Assembly: GCF_009914755.1 (NCBI RefSeq)
Contig: NC_060947.1
Direction: 5' to 3' (one strand)
Source of the DNA: the human T2T-CHM13v2.0 reference genome, Homo sapiens
DNA: 64,000 nt
A program made the position numbers and the translations under genes. Shown one piece after another: positions 34,661 through 48,215 of this stretch (positions are counted from its first letter, which is position 1; every line of letters begins with the position of its first letter). The notes under the pieces were generated by a model, which searched no databases, had not been told where the DNA came from, and worked only from the letters and a program-made list of their open reading frames with translations.

Positions 34661-36732
34661 AGGGGGTGGAGCCAAGATGACCTAATAGGGGCAGCACTGC
34701 TCTGTGACTCCCATCAAGAAGGACAAAAACTGTGAGTGAACTCTGCATCTTCAGCTGAGGTACCAAAGTTCTCTTACTGGGACTGAATAGGTGGTCGGCA
34801 CAACCATGGAGAGTGAGCAATAACAGGGTGGAGCAAGACCCCACCCAGGAGCTGCAAGCAGCAAAGGGAACTCCCTCCCCCAGCCAAGGTAGAAGGTGAG
34901 GGATTGTGTTTCCCCTCCCTGAAAACCAGGCTTTTCCCACAGATCCTTGCAACCTGCAGACCAGGAGGTCCCCTCCTGAGCCTACGCTACCAGAGTCTTG
35001 AGTTACAAGCACAAAGTTGTGGAGAATCACTGCGGATGCTTGGGTATGTGGCCGCTTTGAGCAGGCACTGAGACACAGGAGTATTTGCGTTCTCTGGCTC
35101 TAGGAACTTCCCTGAGGCAAGAGATCCATCCTCTCTCGTTGGGAGGGGGCTGAAGCCCGGGAGCCAAGCGGCCTCACTCCCAGGAAACTCCACAAGCTAA
35201 ATCCCACTGGCTTGGAAACCCCACCAGCCAGCGTATCCGGCTAGAAACTGCCTAAGAAGACCAAGTTCTTGGGGTGGAAGAGGCAGACACCATCACTGCG
35301 GCTCCAGTCAGCCGCTTTCCCTTGCTGTGGGTGCCAGCAAGACAGGGAGGTCCAGACTGAGAGCGGCTCCCTACAGCGCAGCACAACAGGTGGACCAGTT
35401 CGTGTTCAGACTGCTTCTTTAAGTGGACTCCTCCTCACAGGGCGGGGCCTCTCTGTGGAAATTTCCGCATCCCTAGCCAGGGGTTTTGGACAGAACACTG
35501 ATAACCCTGAGAGGAGTCCCTGGGAGGAGGAGCAGCTGTGGTATCATGTGTCAGTGATCTTAGTCTTTTCTGCCTGCTAGCTCTGGAGAGTCAGGGAAGA
35601 CCAGATGAGGGGGATTCCCTGCAGCGCAGCACACCTTATTTCAGGAAATAGGCGCGGGCATAGATTTCATGATGAAATCACCGAAAGCAATGACAACAAA
35701 AGCAAAGTTTGACAAATGGAATCTAATTAAACTAAAGAGCTTCTGCACAGCAAAATAAACTACCATCAGCATGAACAGGCTACCTGCAGAATGAAAGAAA
35801 AATTTTGTAATCTATCCATCCAACAAAGGTTTAATATCCAAAATCTACAAGAAACTTAAATTTACAAGAAAAAAAAAAACCCTTAAAAAGTGGGCAAAGA
35901 ACATGAGCAGACACTTCTCAAAAGAAGACATTAATGTAGCCAACAAACTTATGAAAAAAAGCTCATCACTGATCATTAGAGAAACACAAATCAAAACCAC
36001 AATGAGATACTATCTCAGGCCAGTCAGAACAGCCATTATTAAAAAGTCAAGAATGCTGGAGAGTCAAGAATGCGGAGAAATAGGAATGCTTCTACATTGT
36101 CGGTGGGAATGTAAATTAGTTCAACCATTGTGGAAAACAGTGTGGCAATTCCTCAAAGATCTACAACCAGAAATACCATTTGGCCTAGCATTACTGGGTA
36201 TATGCCCAAATGAATATAAATTATTCTATTACAAAGATACATGCACACATATGTTCATTGCAGCACTATTCACAATAAGAAGGACATGAAATCAACCCAA
36301 ATGCGCATCAATGATAGACTGAATAAAGAAAATGTGGTACATATACACCATAGAATACTATGCAACCATAAAAAGAAATGAGATATTGTCCTTTGCAGGG
36401 ACTTGGATGAAGCTGGAAGCCGTTATCCTCAGCAAACTAATGAAAAGAACAGAAAACCGAACACCACATGTTCTCACTTATAAGTGGGAGCTGAACAATG
36501 AGAATACATGGATACTGGGAGAAGAACAATACACACTGGGGCGTGTCGGAGGGTTGGGGTGGGAGAAGGGAGAGCATCAGGAAGAATAGCTAATGGATGC
36601 TGGGCTTAATATCTAGGTGATAGGGTTATCTGTACAGCTAATCACTATGGCACATGTTTAACTATGTAACAAACCTGCACATCCTACACATGTACCCCTG
36701 AACTTAAAATAAGAGTTGGAAGTAAAAAAAAA
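34661..36732 (+). mobile_element. L1PA element with an intact 5' start, a 5'UTR joined directly to the ORF2 3' end, and a poly(A) tail
   Basis: Starts ggggtggagccaagatg; GC-rich 5'UTR runs to ~35635, then ORF2 C-terminus (ORF 35903-36289), 3'UTR and an A run. Confidence 0.88.
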
Positions 36733-37920
36733 TGCTGAATATAGGTCCCCAGTCTCTTCTGGCTTGTAGAGTTTCTGCTGATAGGTTTACCCTGATGGGG
36801 TTACCTTTGTTGGTCACCTGCCCCTTCTCTCTAGCTGCCTTTAATATTTTTTCCTTCATGTTGACCTTGGAGGATCTGATGACTATGTAACTTGGAGATG
36901 GTTGTCTTGTACAGTATCTCTCAGGGCTTCTCTGGATTTTCTGAATTTGAATGTCGACCAGTCCAGCAAGGTTAGAGAAATTTTTGTGAATTATATCCTC
37001 AAATATGTTTTCCAAGTTGCTTATTCTTTCTCTATTTCAGGGATGCCAATAAGTTGCAGTATTGGTCTCATTACATAATCTCAAATTTCTTGGAGATTTT
37101 GTTCATTATCTTTTATTCTTCTTTCTATATTTTTTTCTGACTGAGTTGATTCAGATAACTGGTTTTCAAGCTCAGAGATTCTTTCCTCTGCTGGGCCTAT
37201 TCTGTTGTTAATACTTTCAGTTGTATTATAAAATTACTTCAGTGAGTTTTTTAGCCTTATCAGTTCTGTTTGGTTTCTTCTCAAAATGGTGATTTCATCT
37301 TTCAGCTTTTCTATCATTTTATTGGATTCCTTAGATTATTTGGATTAGGTTTTGACTTTCTCCTGAATCTCAACGATCTGTGTCGCTATCCAGATTCTGA
37401 ATTCTATGTCTGTCTTTGTAGCCATTTCACCCTGGTTAAGAACCACTGCTGGAGAACTAGTGTGGTAGTGTGGAAAAAAAGAAGATGCTCTGGTTTTTGG
37501 AGATGCTATAGTTCTTGTGCTGCTCCTTTCTCATCTGTGTGGACAGATGTTCCTTCATTAGTTGAAGTTGCTGTACTTTGGATGTTTTTTTTTTTCTTTT
37601 CTATTCCTTGATGCCCTAGAGGGTTTGTTGTATAAGGTGGGTTTAGTCAACTAGCTTCATTTCTGGAAGATTTTAGAAGGCAAAAGCTCAGGTTAATACT
37701 CCTGGTCTGCATGCTCTAACTGGGGACTGGTACCAGGCCCACATCTTTGTTCTCTGTCCCCTTGAGGTTAGGCAACTGCTATGCTAGAAATGCTGAGGTG
37801 CTCCTTGTCCACCGGCAACAACACTCTGATGGCGGTTGCTGGCTAAAGTGTTTCAGTGGGGCAGTGGCAGCAGCGTCTATACTCAAATGGGCATACAACC
37901 AGCAACAGTGGCATGGCTAA
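36733..37920 (-). mobile_element. Old L1 ORF1 and partial 5'UTR
   Basis: ORF 36704-37015: KEKILKAAREKGQVT...LSAETLQARRDWGPIF. Confidence 0.88.
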
Positions 37921-38789
37921 GATTATCAATAGATGAAAATATATGTTTCCTATGTATAAAATCAATAACAAAAAAATGAACTCCATTTTCTTGCGGCAAC
38001 AATAAGTATGATAATGAAAGTAAATATAACTTCTAAACTATTATACCAAATATCAAGTATCTTAAAAAACTTAACCAAAATAAAAGTTACAGAAAAAAAA
38101 AAACATTAAAATGTTATTTTAAGATACTAATGAAGATTCACATGACCATAAAATAAAATAAATTCGCGGCCATGAAGTTTCAATAGTTCTCCCAAAGAAG
38201 GAATCCACAGATTGATTGCAATCCCAAATCAAAACAACCAAAGGGCTTTAGACATAAATGCATGTATTAATCACCTGATTCTAAAATATGAAGGCATTCA
38301 GAGGACCACGTATAGTCAATACACTATTGAAAAAGAGCAATAAGTCTACCAGATATTAGGAATTACAAAGAAACTATTGCAATTAAGAGTTTGAGATTTA
38401 GGTGCAGGGATTGACAGACCAATGGAACTGAATGGAGAGTCCTGAAAAATGAAACCAACAAAACATGTATAAACGCACACTTAACTGATAAAAAAAAAAT
38501 GTGCAGCTCTAGCGCAAGAGACAGTCTTGTTGAAATAAGTGTCATTGGAACGCCTGAATATCCATATAAAAACTCTAGTGTAAGTGGACCCCTTTTTCAC
38601 GCTATACACAAAAGGCAATTACAGACAAATTCAAAACCTACTTTAAAAATGTTTACTTTTTTTGTTTGTTTTTGTTTTGTTTTGGTAATTTTATTTATTT
38701 TTATAAATTTTAAATGTTGTGAAATAGTCTAGTTTAGAAAATGTACACTTTCCCATGTTGATAATGGCTATATTTTTGCCCTAGGTTTT

Positions 38790-38840
38790 GTGAGAGAGAA
38801 CGAGAGAGAGAGAGAGTGTGTGTGTGTGTGTGTGTGTGTG

Positions 38841-38880
<40 letters not shown>
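38790..38880. repeat. (GA)n(TG)n(GA)n compound microsatellite
   Basis: Directly visible. Confidence 0.9.
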
Positions 38881-38881
<1 letters not shown>

Positions 38882-39317
38882 TATGAAATACTTGGTGTTT
38901 CCTAGTCCTTTTTATCAACAAGTACAATTTATTCACTGAGCAAATTTTCAGAGTTTTTCTGTGGAATACAATTATACAACTGTTTGCTTGCTTTTAAAAT
39001 AACTGGAGTTATTTTAAAAATAGAGCTGACCATGGGGTAAAAAAACTGAACAAATAAGCAGAAAATCCAAGCAATACCAAGTGAGTGCTCTCATGCCCAT
39101 AAAAACAAGTATTTCAACATGGCCTGGTGGGATGGGCAGAACATCTGATGAAATTAAAGAATCATCAGTTTTGTGAGGGTGTTTATAACTTTTCCTTCTT
39201 GTTCTTCATGAAAACTTGAGATTTTGTAGTACTTTTTAATAGGTAAAGTTGTGGCTCATGTTTCATAGTTTACATAGGTAACTTTATCAACATTTCACAG
39301 TTAGAATTTTCATATTA

Positions 39318-39376
39318 TAGGCATATTTCATTTTTTTTGCACTTTGCTTTATCACACCTCACAGATATTGTGTGCT
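39318..39376 (+). mobile_element. Tigger1-like terminal fragment
   Basis: Resembles the Tigger1 start caggcatacctcgttttattgcgcttcgctttatt (recalled consensus). Confidence 0.5.
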
Positions 39377-39497
39377 TTTTTTTTTTTTTTGAGACGGAGT
39401 CTTGCTCTGTCACCCAGGCTGGAGTGCAGTGGAGCGATCTTGACTCACTGTAACCTCCGCCTCCCAGGTTAAAGCGATTCTCCTGCCTCAGCTTCCT
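39377..39497 (-). mobile_element. Truncated Alu (3' part of right arm)
   Basis: Poly-T, then gagacggagtcttgctctgtcacccaggctggagtgcagtgg...cctgcctcagc. Confidence 0.92.
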
Positions 39498-41147
39498 ATT
39501 AAAAAAATCAAATATACACAAACATACATGAAAAAACAAATAAGACTTTGTATAGATGATCTTTTAGTGAGTCAGCAGTAAGAGTAAATTAGAGCATCAG
39601 TAAGGCTAGAGGTGAAAGAACTGAAACAGGCTGGGGTCATTGGTCACACCAGTAACAGAAGGAAACAAGATGATATGAGTCAAAGAGGAAGAGATGAAAT
39701 GGCAGCTCTTTCTGCCCCCTTGTCCCAGCCATAGAAGGCTTTGCTACTTTAATGAGCCTTTGCTTTCTGAGAGCAGGATTTGGGAATCAATAGTGGCTGG
39801 GGAAATGCTACCTGGGATAATGACATATTAATTCCCCCTCTGACTTGACCCATCCTCCTGCTGACCTCTGGAACTCTGGGGATCTAAGAGATGTAACTTT
39901 AGCAGCTCTATTCCAGAAAGTCATGACAGAGGGATGTCGTGTTGATGATAGACACCCTGACCAGGTCCACAAACACTTTCCTGACATAATGGCTGTGCCA
40001 GGTTGCCCACATAATAGGAGTAGAGGCCTGTCTCCCTCTCCACATGGATAAGAGCTCCACATACTTCCTTTCAGCTGTTCTTACTCCTGACAGAGCCCTC
40101 AGAAGGATTGAGGGGCCCTGAGATTCCAAAAGAGGTTGACATATGGCTTTGCCAGAGATTTCACTGAGGGTTGGGCTTCTCTCCATCCACTATGGCCAGG
40201 ATCAACTCAGCCGTTCATGAGCTGATTTCCTTCCTCAGCTTTGGCTCAAGGTCCCAAGGGCAGTTGGCCTCTGCTCACAGCCAGGATTGGTGTATCAAAC
40301 CTCAGTGCTCAAGGTGGAAACCCACAGAGAAGGAAGATCTTCCAGACTGGGAGGCAGCTGGTAGGCTGAGTTCCAGCTCTGGGCCCCATGTCCTTGGAAA
40401 TTATCCACATGGAGTTGTTCTTCTGAGGTCCCAAGAAAGGAGCACTTCTTATGGAAGGTGAAAAGAAAATGGCAGTCTATCATTTTACCTACTGCTATTG
40501 GAAGTAAGTCTCCTGTCCAGAAGCAAGAGGCACTAAGGTTCTTGTGATGGCATCAGTGGGGCGTGTCAGGGACCTTTGAAATGAGTGAACACAACCATTC
40601 TCTAAACATCCCCCAAATGACTCACCTTCAGTCCCTTATTCTCACTTTAGATTCATCCTTCAGTGAACATGCTGCTTCTGCCAGTGAAGGTGTACCATAG
40701 TTGCCATGAATATAGAATTGTTGGGCACAGGGTTGCAGGAAGGGAGGGAATTCCCAGATTTCAAAGAAGAAGAAACATTTGTGCATGTTTCTGACAGGTT
40801 ACAAAATACACATGAAGGCTGACAAAAAATTGAAAGAACAAAGTATGGCTCAATTTGATTTTTGTTAACATCAAAGATGGCAGAGTTTTTCCTGTTGTGC
40901 TTGATGCCTACATTTACCTTATCCCAAATCAAAACCAACAGCAACTTTGTTCCTTCAACTGCTAAAATCCATTTCAAATCCTTCCACTTTTTCAATCTCC
41001 ATTACTACTGCTGTGTGTGAAGTTAATATTTTCTTTCACTTAGGCTAGGCTAAAGGCGCCTTTGTTGTTGCTACTTTTTCTATCATTGTCCCTGTAAAAT
41101 CCACTGTCTTTTCAGCAGGCTATGATCCTTTTGAAAATCCAATCCAT

Positions 41148-41460
41148 GACATAGATGGAGCTGGAGGCCATTATCCTTAGCAAACACAGGAACAGAAAAC
41201 CAAATACTGCATGTACTTACTTATAAGTAGGAGCTAAATGATGAAAACACCATGAACACATAAAGGGGAACAACACACACTAGGGTCTTTGGCGGGGGTG
41301 GAGGGTGGGAGGAGGGAGAAGATCAGGAAAAATAATGAATGGGTACTAGGCTTAATAGCTGGGTGATGAAATAATCTGTACAAATATCCCTATGACACAA
41401 GTCGACATATGTAACAAACCTACACTTGCATCTCTGAGTTTAAGATAAAAGTTAAATAAA
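41148..41460 (+). mobile_element. Short L1PB-like 3' end
   Basis: gatggagctggaggccattatccttagcaaac...; absent from the paralogous site at ~54890. Confidence 0.85.
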
Positions 41461-42026
41461 CATTTTAAATACATACATCAAATTTAACTGCTATGTAAAG
41501 CTTTATTTATTTAGGCAAATGCATGGAGGTCCACATCTACCATTCAAGTATTATAATGATGAGTTCAATCAACCTAAAATTCCACTGTGCATTCCGTTTG
41601 AGGTCAAACACTGCACTTCTCCAAAGTCCCTAGCAACTTTGCTCTGTTTTCAGTTCCTACGGTTTTAACTTTCCAAATTTGTCATTATGAATAGGCTGAT
41701 AAAATACTGACTTATAAACCTAGCTGTATCATTTTTCATCACAAATAGCAGGGAACGAGAATTCCTGTTGTTCCATATCCGCTCATATTTGGTATTTTAG
41801 ATTCTCGAATTTTAGCCATTCTAATAAGCATGTATTGGAATCTTCTTTAGTTTTTGTGTGCATCTTCCTAATAACAAATTATGTTGGCCATCTTTTTATA
41901 TTCCTCTTTCTGAATGGTATATCCTCTTTGCTAAAGTATCTGTTCAAATGATGTGCATATTTCTAAAAACTAATAGACTTCATTTTTAGAGCACTGTTAA
42001 TCCAAAAATATAAAGAGAAAATTTCA

Positions 42027-43181
42027 GCAAAAGAAACTACCATCAGAGTGAACAGGCAACCTACAGAATGGGAGAAAATTTTTGCAATCCACTCATCTGA
42101 CAAAGGGCTAATATCCAGAATCTACAATGAACTCAAACAAATTTATAAGAAAAAAACAACCCCATCAACAAATGGGCGAAGGATATGAACAGACACTTCT
42201 CAAAAGAAGACATTTAGGCAGCCAACAGACATATGAAAAAATGCTCATCATCACAGGCCATCAGATAAATGCAAATCAAAACCACAATGAGATACCATCT
42301 CACACCAGTTAGAATGGCAATCATTAAAAAGTCAGGAAACAACAGGTGCTGGAGAGGATGTGGAGAAATAGGAACACTTTTAGACTGTTGGTGGGACTGT
42401 AAACTAGTTCAACCATTGTGGAAGTCAGTGTGGCGATTCCTGAGGAATCTAGAAATACCATTTGACCCAGCCATCCCATTACTGGGTATATACCCAAAGG
42501 ATTATAAATCATGCTGCTATAAAGACACATGCACACGTATGTTTATTGCGGCACTATTTACAATAGCAAAGACTTGGAACCAAGCCAACTGTCCAACAAT
42601 GATAGACTGAATTAAGAAAATGTGGCACATATACACCATGGAATACTATGCAGCCATAAAAAAGGATGAGTTCATGTCCTTTGTAGGGACATGGATGAAG
42701 CTGGAAACCATCATTCTCAGCAAACTGTTGCAAGGACAAAAAACCAAACACCGCATGTCCTCACTCATAGGTGGGAATTGAACAATGAGAACACATGGAC
42801 ACAGGAAGGGGAACATCACACAGCAGGGCCTGTCGTGAGGTGGGGGGAGGGGGAGTGATAGCATTAGGAGAAATACCTAATGTTAAATGATGAGTTAATG
42901 AGTGCAGCACACCAACATGGCACATGTATACATATGTAACAAACCTGCACGTTGTGCACATGTACCCTAAAACTTAAAGTATAACAAAAAAAAGAAAGAA
43001 AGAAAAGAATCATCTTACCAAGAAAAAAAAAGAAAGACTGGATTTTTTGAAATAAGAAACTGTGCTTTGTTACAGAAAATAGAGTTTTTGTGCTTAAAAT
43101 CCAAACTATGTTGGTGTTGGATCTTTGACCTTCCAAATCCACCTAATAATGATTTGCACTCTGACTGCAAAAAAAAAAAAC
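42027..43181 (+). mobile_element. 5'-truncated L1PA (to ~42995) plus a 3'-transduced segment and second A tail
   Basis: ORF2 C-terminus (ORF 42269-42610) and 3'UTR; TSD aaaatttca at 42018-42026 and 43182-43190. Confidence 0.9.
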
Positions 43182-43242
43182 AAAATTTCATAAAAATTAC
43201 AGAGTTCCTACATATGTACACCACTCTTCCTGCCCTGCCCAC

Positions 43243-43245
<3 letters not shown>

Positions 43246-43289
<44 letters not shown>
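43246..43289. repeat. (CA)n microsatellite
   Basis: Directly visible; the paralog at ~55516 has only a short CA run. Confidence 0.95.
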
Positions 43290-43294
<5 letters not shown>

Positions 43295-44632
43295 GTGTCT
43301 CCTATGATTTATATTTTGTATTATTATGGCATGTTTGCTACAACAGATGGACCTGTATTGATACCTCATTATTAAGTAAAGTCAACAGCTCACATCTGGG
43401 CTCCCTAACTTTGGAGATGTTAAAAGTTTTGATAAGTGTGTAATGGCAAGTATTCATCACAGTATCACAATGAATTGTTTCACCATCCTAGATCTCCTGT
43501 ACTCCACCTATTTCTTAATCCCCTGTGCCTCAACCCCAGCCACTAAGGCCCTGGAAACCACTACTATTTTTAGTGTATTCATAGTTACCTGTTCCAGAAT
43601 ATTGTATGATTGTAATCATACATTATGTAGCCTGTTTAGATTTTCTTCTTTCTCTTAGCAATATGTTTACATGATTCCTCCAGGTCTTTCCCACTTAAAC
43701 AATGCCTGAAAGTTCCTGTTGCTCAACATATGTGTCAACATTTGACATTTCAGTGTTTGGGAATTCAGCCATTCTCCTGGGTGTAGAGTGCTATCTCCTA
43801 GGTGCTTTAATTTGCAATTCTCTAATGTTATATGACATTGAACAGTTTTATTATATACGCTTATTTTCCATTCCTATATATTTATTTTTTGGTGGGGTGC
43901 CCGTTCCGATTTTTTTTTTTTGCCTACTTTAAATTGGGTTTTCTATTCTCTGATGGCTGGGTTTTCAGAGTTTTGTGCATATTTGAATACATATATTTTA
44001 TCAAACGTGTTTCACAAAACATTTATCCAAGTTTCTGGCTTGTCTTTTCATTATCTTAGCAGTGTCATTTCAGAGTAGAAATTTTTAATTGTCGTGAAGT
44101 CCAATTTATCTCTTGTTTCTCAAATGGTTGGTACTTTTGGTGTTGCATCTGAGAAAGTCATCATAAAACTCAAGGTCACCCGGGATTTGCATCTATAAGT
44201 TTGACCAAAACGTTGATGTTGCATCTACAAAATTCATCACCAAAACCAAGTCACCTAGGGTTTGCACCCATAAGTTTGACCAATATTTAAAACTGTGATA
44301 AAATACGTTTGTGAATAAATGGTTTCCCCATAGACAAAAATATGGGGGAAATTAACTGGTTAAACATTTTGGGGAAAAAGCCACCAACATTATGAAGTAT
44401 AAGATATTCATACTCTGTTCACACTGACTCAGTTTCCATATGAATGTGCATTCCTTATAAGGAACTATAGGCATTTGTCCCAGAATTTATGCTCAAATAT
44501 GTTGAATTTATTTATTTTAATTATAGCCACAAAAGAGAAACACGTGTGTGTTCATCAGGAGGAAAATTGTTCAATTGGTTATTGCACAGAAATAAAATGG
44601 AATTCTAGGAAGTAGTCCCAATAGTGAGATAG

Positions 44633-45010
<378 letters not shown>

Positions 45011-45029
45011 AGATCCATTTTAATAAGTG

Positions 45030-45440
45030 ATTATGTTGGTTTATTAGGACTGCCATAGCAAAGTACCACAACCTGGATGACATAAACAACAAAAATTTAT
45101 TGTCTCATAGTTTGGGAGTCTGGTAGTCAAAGAGCAAGGCATTCGCAAGGTTGATTCCTTCTGAGGGCTGTGAGGGAAGGATGTTTTCCAGGCCTCTCTC
45201 CTTGCCTTGTGGAGGCATGGGCTGTCTTCAGTCCATGCGTGCTCATTGTCATCCCTCTATTCATCTCTGTGTCTAAATTTCCCCTTTTTATAATGACTCC
45301 CATCATATTTGATTAGGGCCAGCATTAATAACCTCATTTTAACTTAATTGCATCTGAAATAATTCTATCTCTAAATAATGTCACATTTTAATTTCAATGT
45401 AGAATTTGGGAGAAGATGAAATTGAACCTATAATAGTAGC
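45030..45440. mobile_element. MLT1-type MaLR LTR
   Basis: ggactgccatagcaaagtaccaca..., gattccttctgagggctgtgaggg motifs. Confidence 0.7.
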
Positions 45441-45904
45441 AAAGGCAAGCAGCAGATCTATATGCATATTATTACACATGTATAGTTTTATATGTATACA
45501 TGTATATATATATACACAGCATATACATGTGTGCTATTATATATAATATTTGCATATATATATTAGCACATCTGTATTTCTAAAAGCCTAAAATAATCTT
45601 TTAAAATTTACATACCACATTGTTAATTGTGGAAACTTCTGAGTAGGGGGCTGAATTTTGGAGAAACTTTCTAAAGGAAAGAAATGTGATTTCTATGTAT
45701 TTTAAGAAATTTTTGCAACAAGAATATATGCAGTATTTATTTAGAAGAAAAAATATTAAAGTAAGTCCAAGAAAAGGAAGAGGAGCAGTGTAGTAGTCAG
45801 ATAAAGTAACAGTAAGCTGATGGAACAAAAAAATTGCTGAAATTAAAATGGCTTAACCCAAGTTTATTTTTGTGCACATAAATTCTAACCTGAGTTGACA
45901 TGGT

Positions 45905-46292
45905 GCTACGGGCTGAATTGCAGCTCTCTTCCCAAATTCATTTATCCAGGTCATAACCCCTAGTACCTCAGAATGTCACTGTATTTGAAGGTAGAGCCTT
46001 TGAAGAGGCCATTAAGATATAGTAAGGTCTTATAAGTAGGACCTGATTCAGTATGACTGGTGTCCTTATAAGAAGAGGAGATTAGGACACAGACACAAAG
46101 ACCAAGGGACAACCACATAAGAATTCAGTGAGAAGGTTGTCATCTGCAAGCCAAGGAGAAGCCACAGAAGAAATCAAACTGGCCAACATATTGATCTTGG
46201 ATAATCCAGCTTCCAGAAATGTGAGAAAATACATTTCCATTTTTAAGTCACCCAGTCTGTGGTATGTTGTTATGGTATAATAAACTAATACA
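45905..46292. mobile_element. MLT1-type MaLR LTR
   Basis: gggctgaattg..., cctagtacctcagaatgt, gactggtgtccttataagaagagg, terminal aaactaataca. Confidence 0.75.
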
Positions 46293-47969
46293 CAGTGGAT
46301 CCTGGCTCTCATGTCACCCAGGAATCCAAGCTGATTTTACCCCATAGCTCCAAATCACAACATATGTTAACTCTTAAACAGACATGAAAGCATTCGAATG
46401 ATGCACTGGCTTCTGTCTAACTACAAATGAACCACTCAGGAAGACAAGGTAGACAAAAAAGCGATGGGCACTTGTAATCTCTCCCATAAGCCATTATGGT
46501 GCTTAATTAAAAGCAGCTTTTATAATTCATGACAGTAAGTCTTTTATTTTATTGGAATGGTTTATGGGAATGCTAGCATTGCCTTGAAATCTTCCAACTT
46601 ATTCTTGTTCTTATGAGGTGACTGGCAATTTGAAATACAGGATTACATCTAGCTTTAAAACAATTCCTTAAGTCTTGGCAGGGAGGGTCAACCTTATTCC
46701 CTCAATAGCACTTTTCTGCACTGTCCTTTTTATAACCTATATGATTTCTTTAGGCTGAAAATTTTCTCATTCATTTTGGTGTATGACAAATATCCTACTC
46801 TGAGAGCCTCTGCTTCCCTCCACATGACTAAACATTTCTGATCAGCTGTACATGTGCCTGTGGCATACTGCAAACCAGGATTTTCCTGCGAGGCAGATAT
46901 ACAGACAAGAGAGAGAGGAAAGATGGTTAACCATTGTTGGTTTTTCTCATTAGAGCTAGCATCTCTGCCACGGAACCCTTGTCACCTCCTAGGCAGTCTT
47001 TGTGATTTTGTTATTATTTTGTTTTTTTAAAAAAAATTCAGCTTCCAGTAGATCATTTACAAAGTGATTTTATAGTCTTTCTTCATCTACAAAGATTATG
47101 AAGGAAACGTTGGTTTTTGATCACCTATGAAAGCTCATTCAACTATGTTTGGGTTCAGTGCACTGTTTCAAATAATGCCTCGTATTAAAATCCTACCACA
47201 AATATCACATGTTAGGATTCTTTCAAATACCCTATCTCTGACTTTAGAATTACATCTCTAAAACCAGTATATTATGTGGCAAATCAGATTCTACTCACCG
47301 GTCTATGTGGAAATACATTGAGAGTGTGTTGAAGATGCCCAGGGTAAGTATTGAAATGTCACTATCCAAAGTGAATAGTCACATCGAAGGGCTGTTATCA
47401 CAGAGGACTCAGGGGGAGGGATGGATGACTCAGGGAACTTCTGCATGGAGTAAGAATGGTCTATCTTGGGGAAGGGCAGGTGATTCAGGGCTTTTGCATT
47501 GGGAGCAGGGCACAGCATTCAGAGGGAGAGACACTAGTGACAAGCTAGTCCCCTGGACAAGAGACCATACAGGGAAGATCAAAAGGACAGTGCTGTAATG
47601 TGGGAAAGTACTGGGGCTGGACAAAACTGCCAGCACCTGGACATAGTCAGTTCTCAAGAAACCCTGGGCTTAGAACAGGAGGACTTTAGGTAAAGAAAGC
47701 CAATAATGATCCCTGAATTGTACTTTATTCTCATTATCACACCTTCATTCTTTAGGCCTAACTTACAACTTTGGCCACAGGGTTCATCTTTATGTTACTT
47801 GAGAGACATTAAGAAGCGTGAAGAGAACTGACTTAGATTAAAGGCTGTCCTCGGGCTGGGAGAAGTGGGGACAGTGTGGGCCTAGATCAAATTCAGGGCA
47901 GGGCTCAAGTCCGAGTCACTTTCTAGCAATGTGATATTGGGGAATTAAATAAGAGATATGAGCCTTCCT

Positions 47970-48215
47970 CAGGCTGGGAATAGTGGGGACAGTATGAGTC
48001 TAGATGAATTCAGAGCAAGGCTCGAGTCCCAGCCCTGTCACTCTCTAGCGATGCGATCTTGTGGAATTTATCAAACCCTATGAGCCTCAGGTTTTTCATC
48101 TGTAAAAGGGGCTTCATAAGCCCTGCCTTGTAGAATTGCTGGAATGGATGTAATGTGAGTAAAACACCTGGAACAATGCCTGACATATATTGGAAATTTA
48201 ACAAATGGCAGTTGT
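47970..48215 (+). mobile_element. MIR SINE
   Basis: MIR core gagcctcaggtttttcatctgtaaaagggg and cacctggaacaatgcctgacata. Confidence 0.75.

Noticed and set aside
39800-40500. Cluster of short ORFs in moderately GC-rich unassigned sequence
   Set aside because: No recognisable protein similarity or exon structure; possibly an unrecognised old repeat
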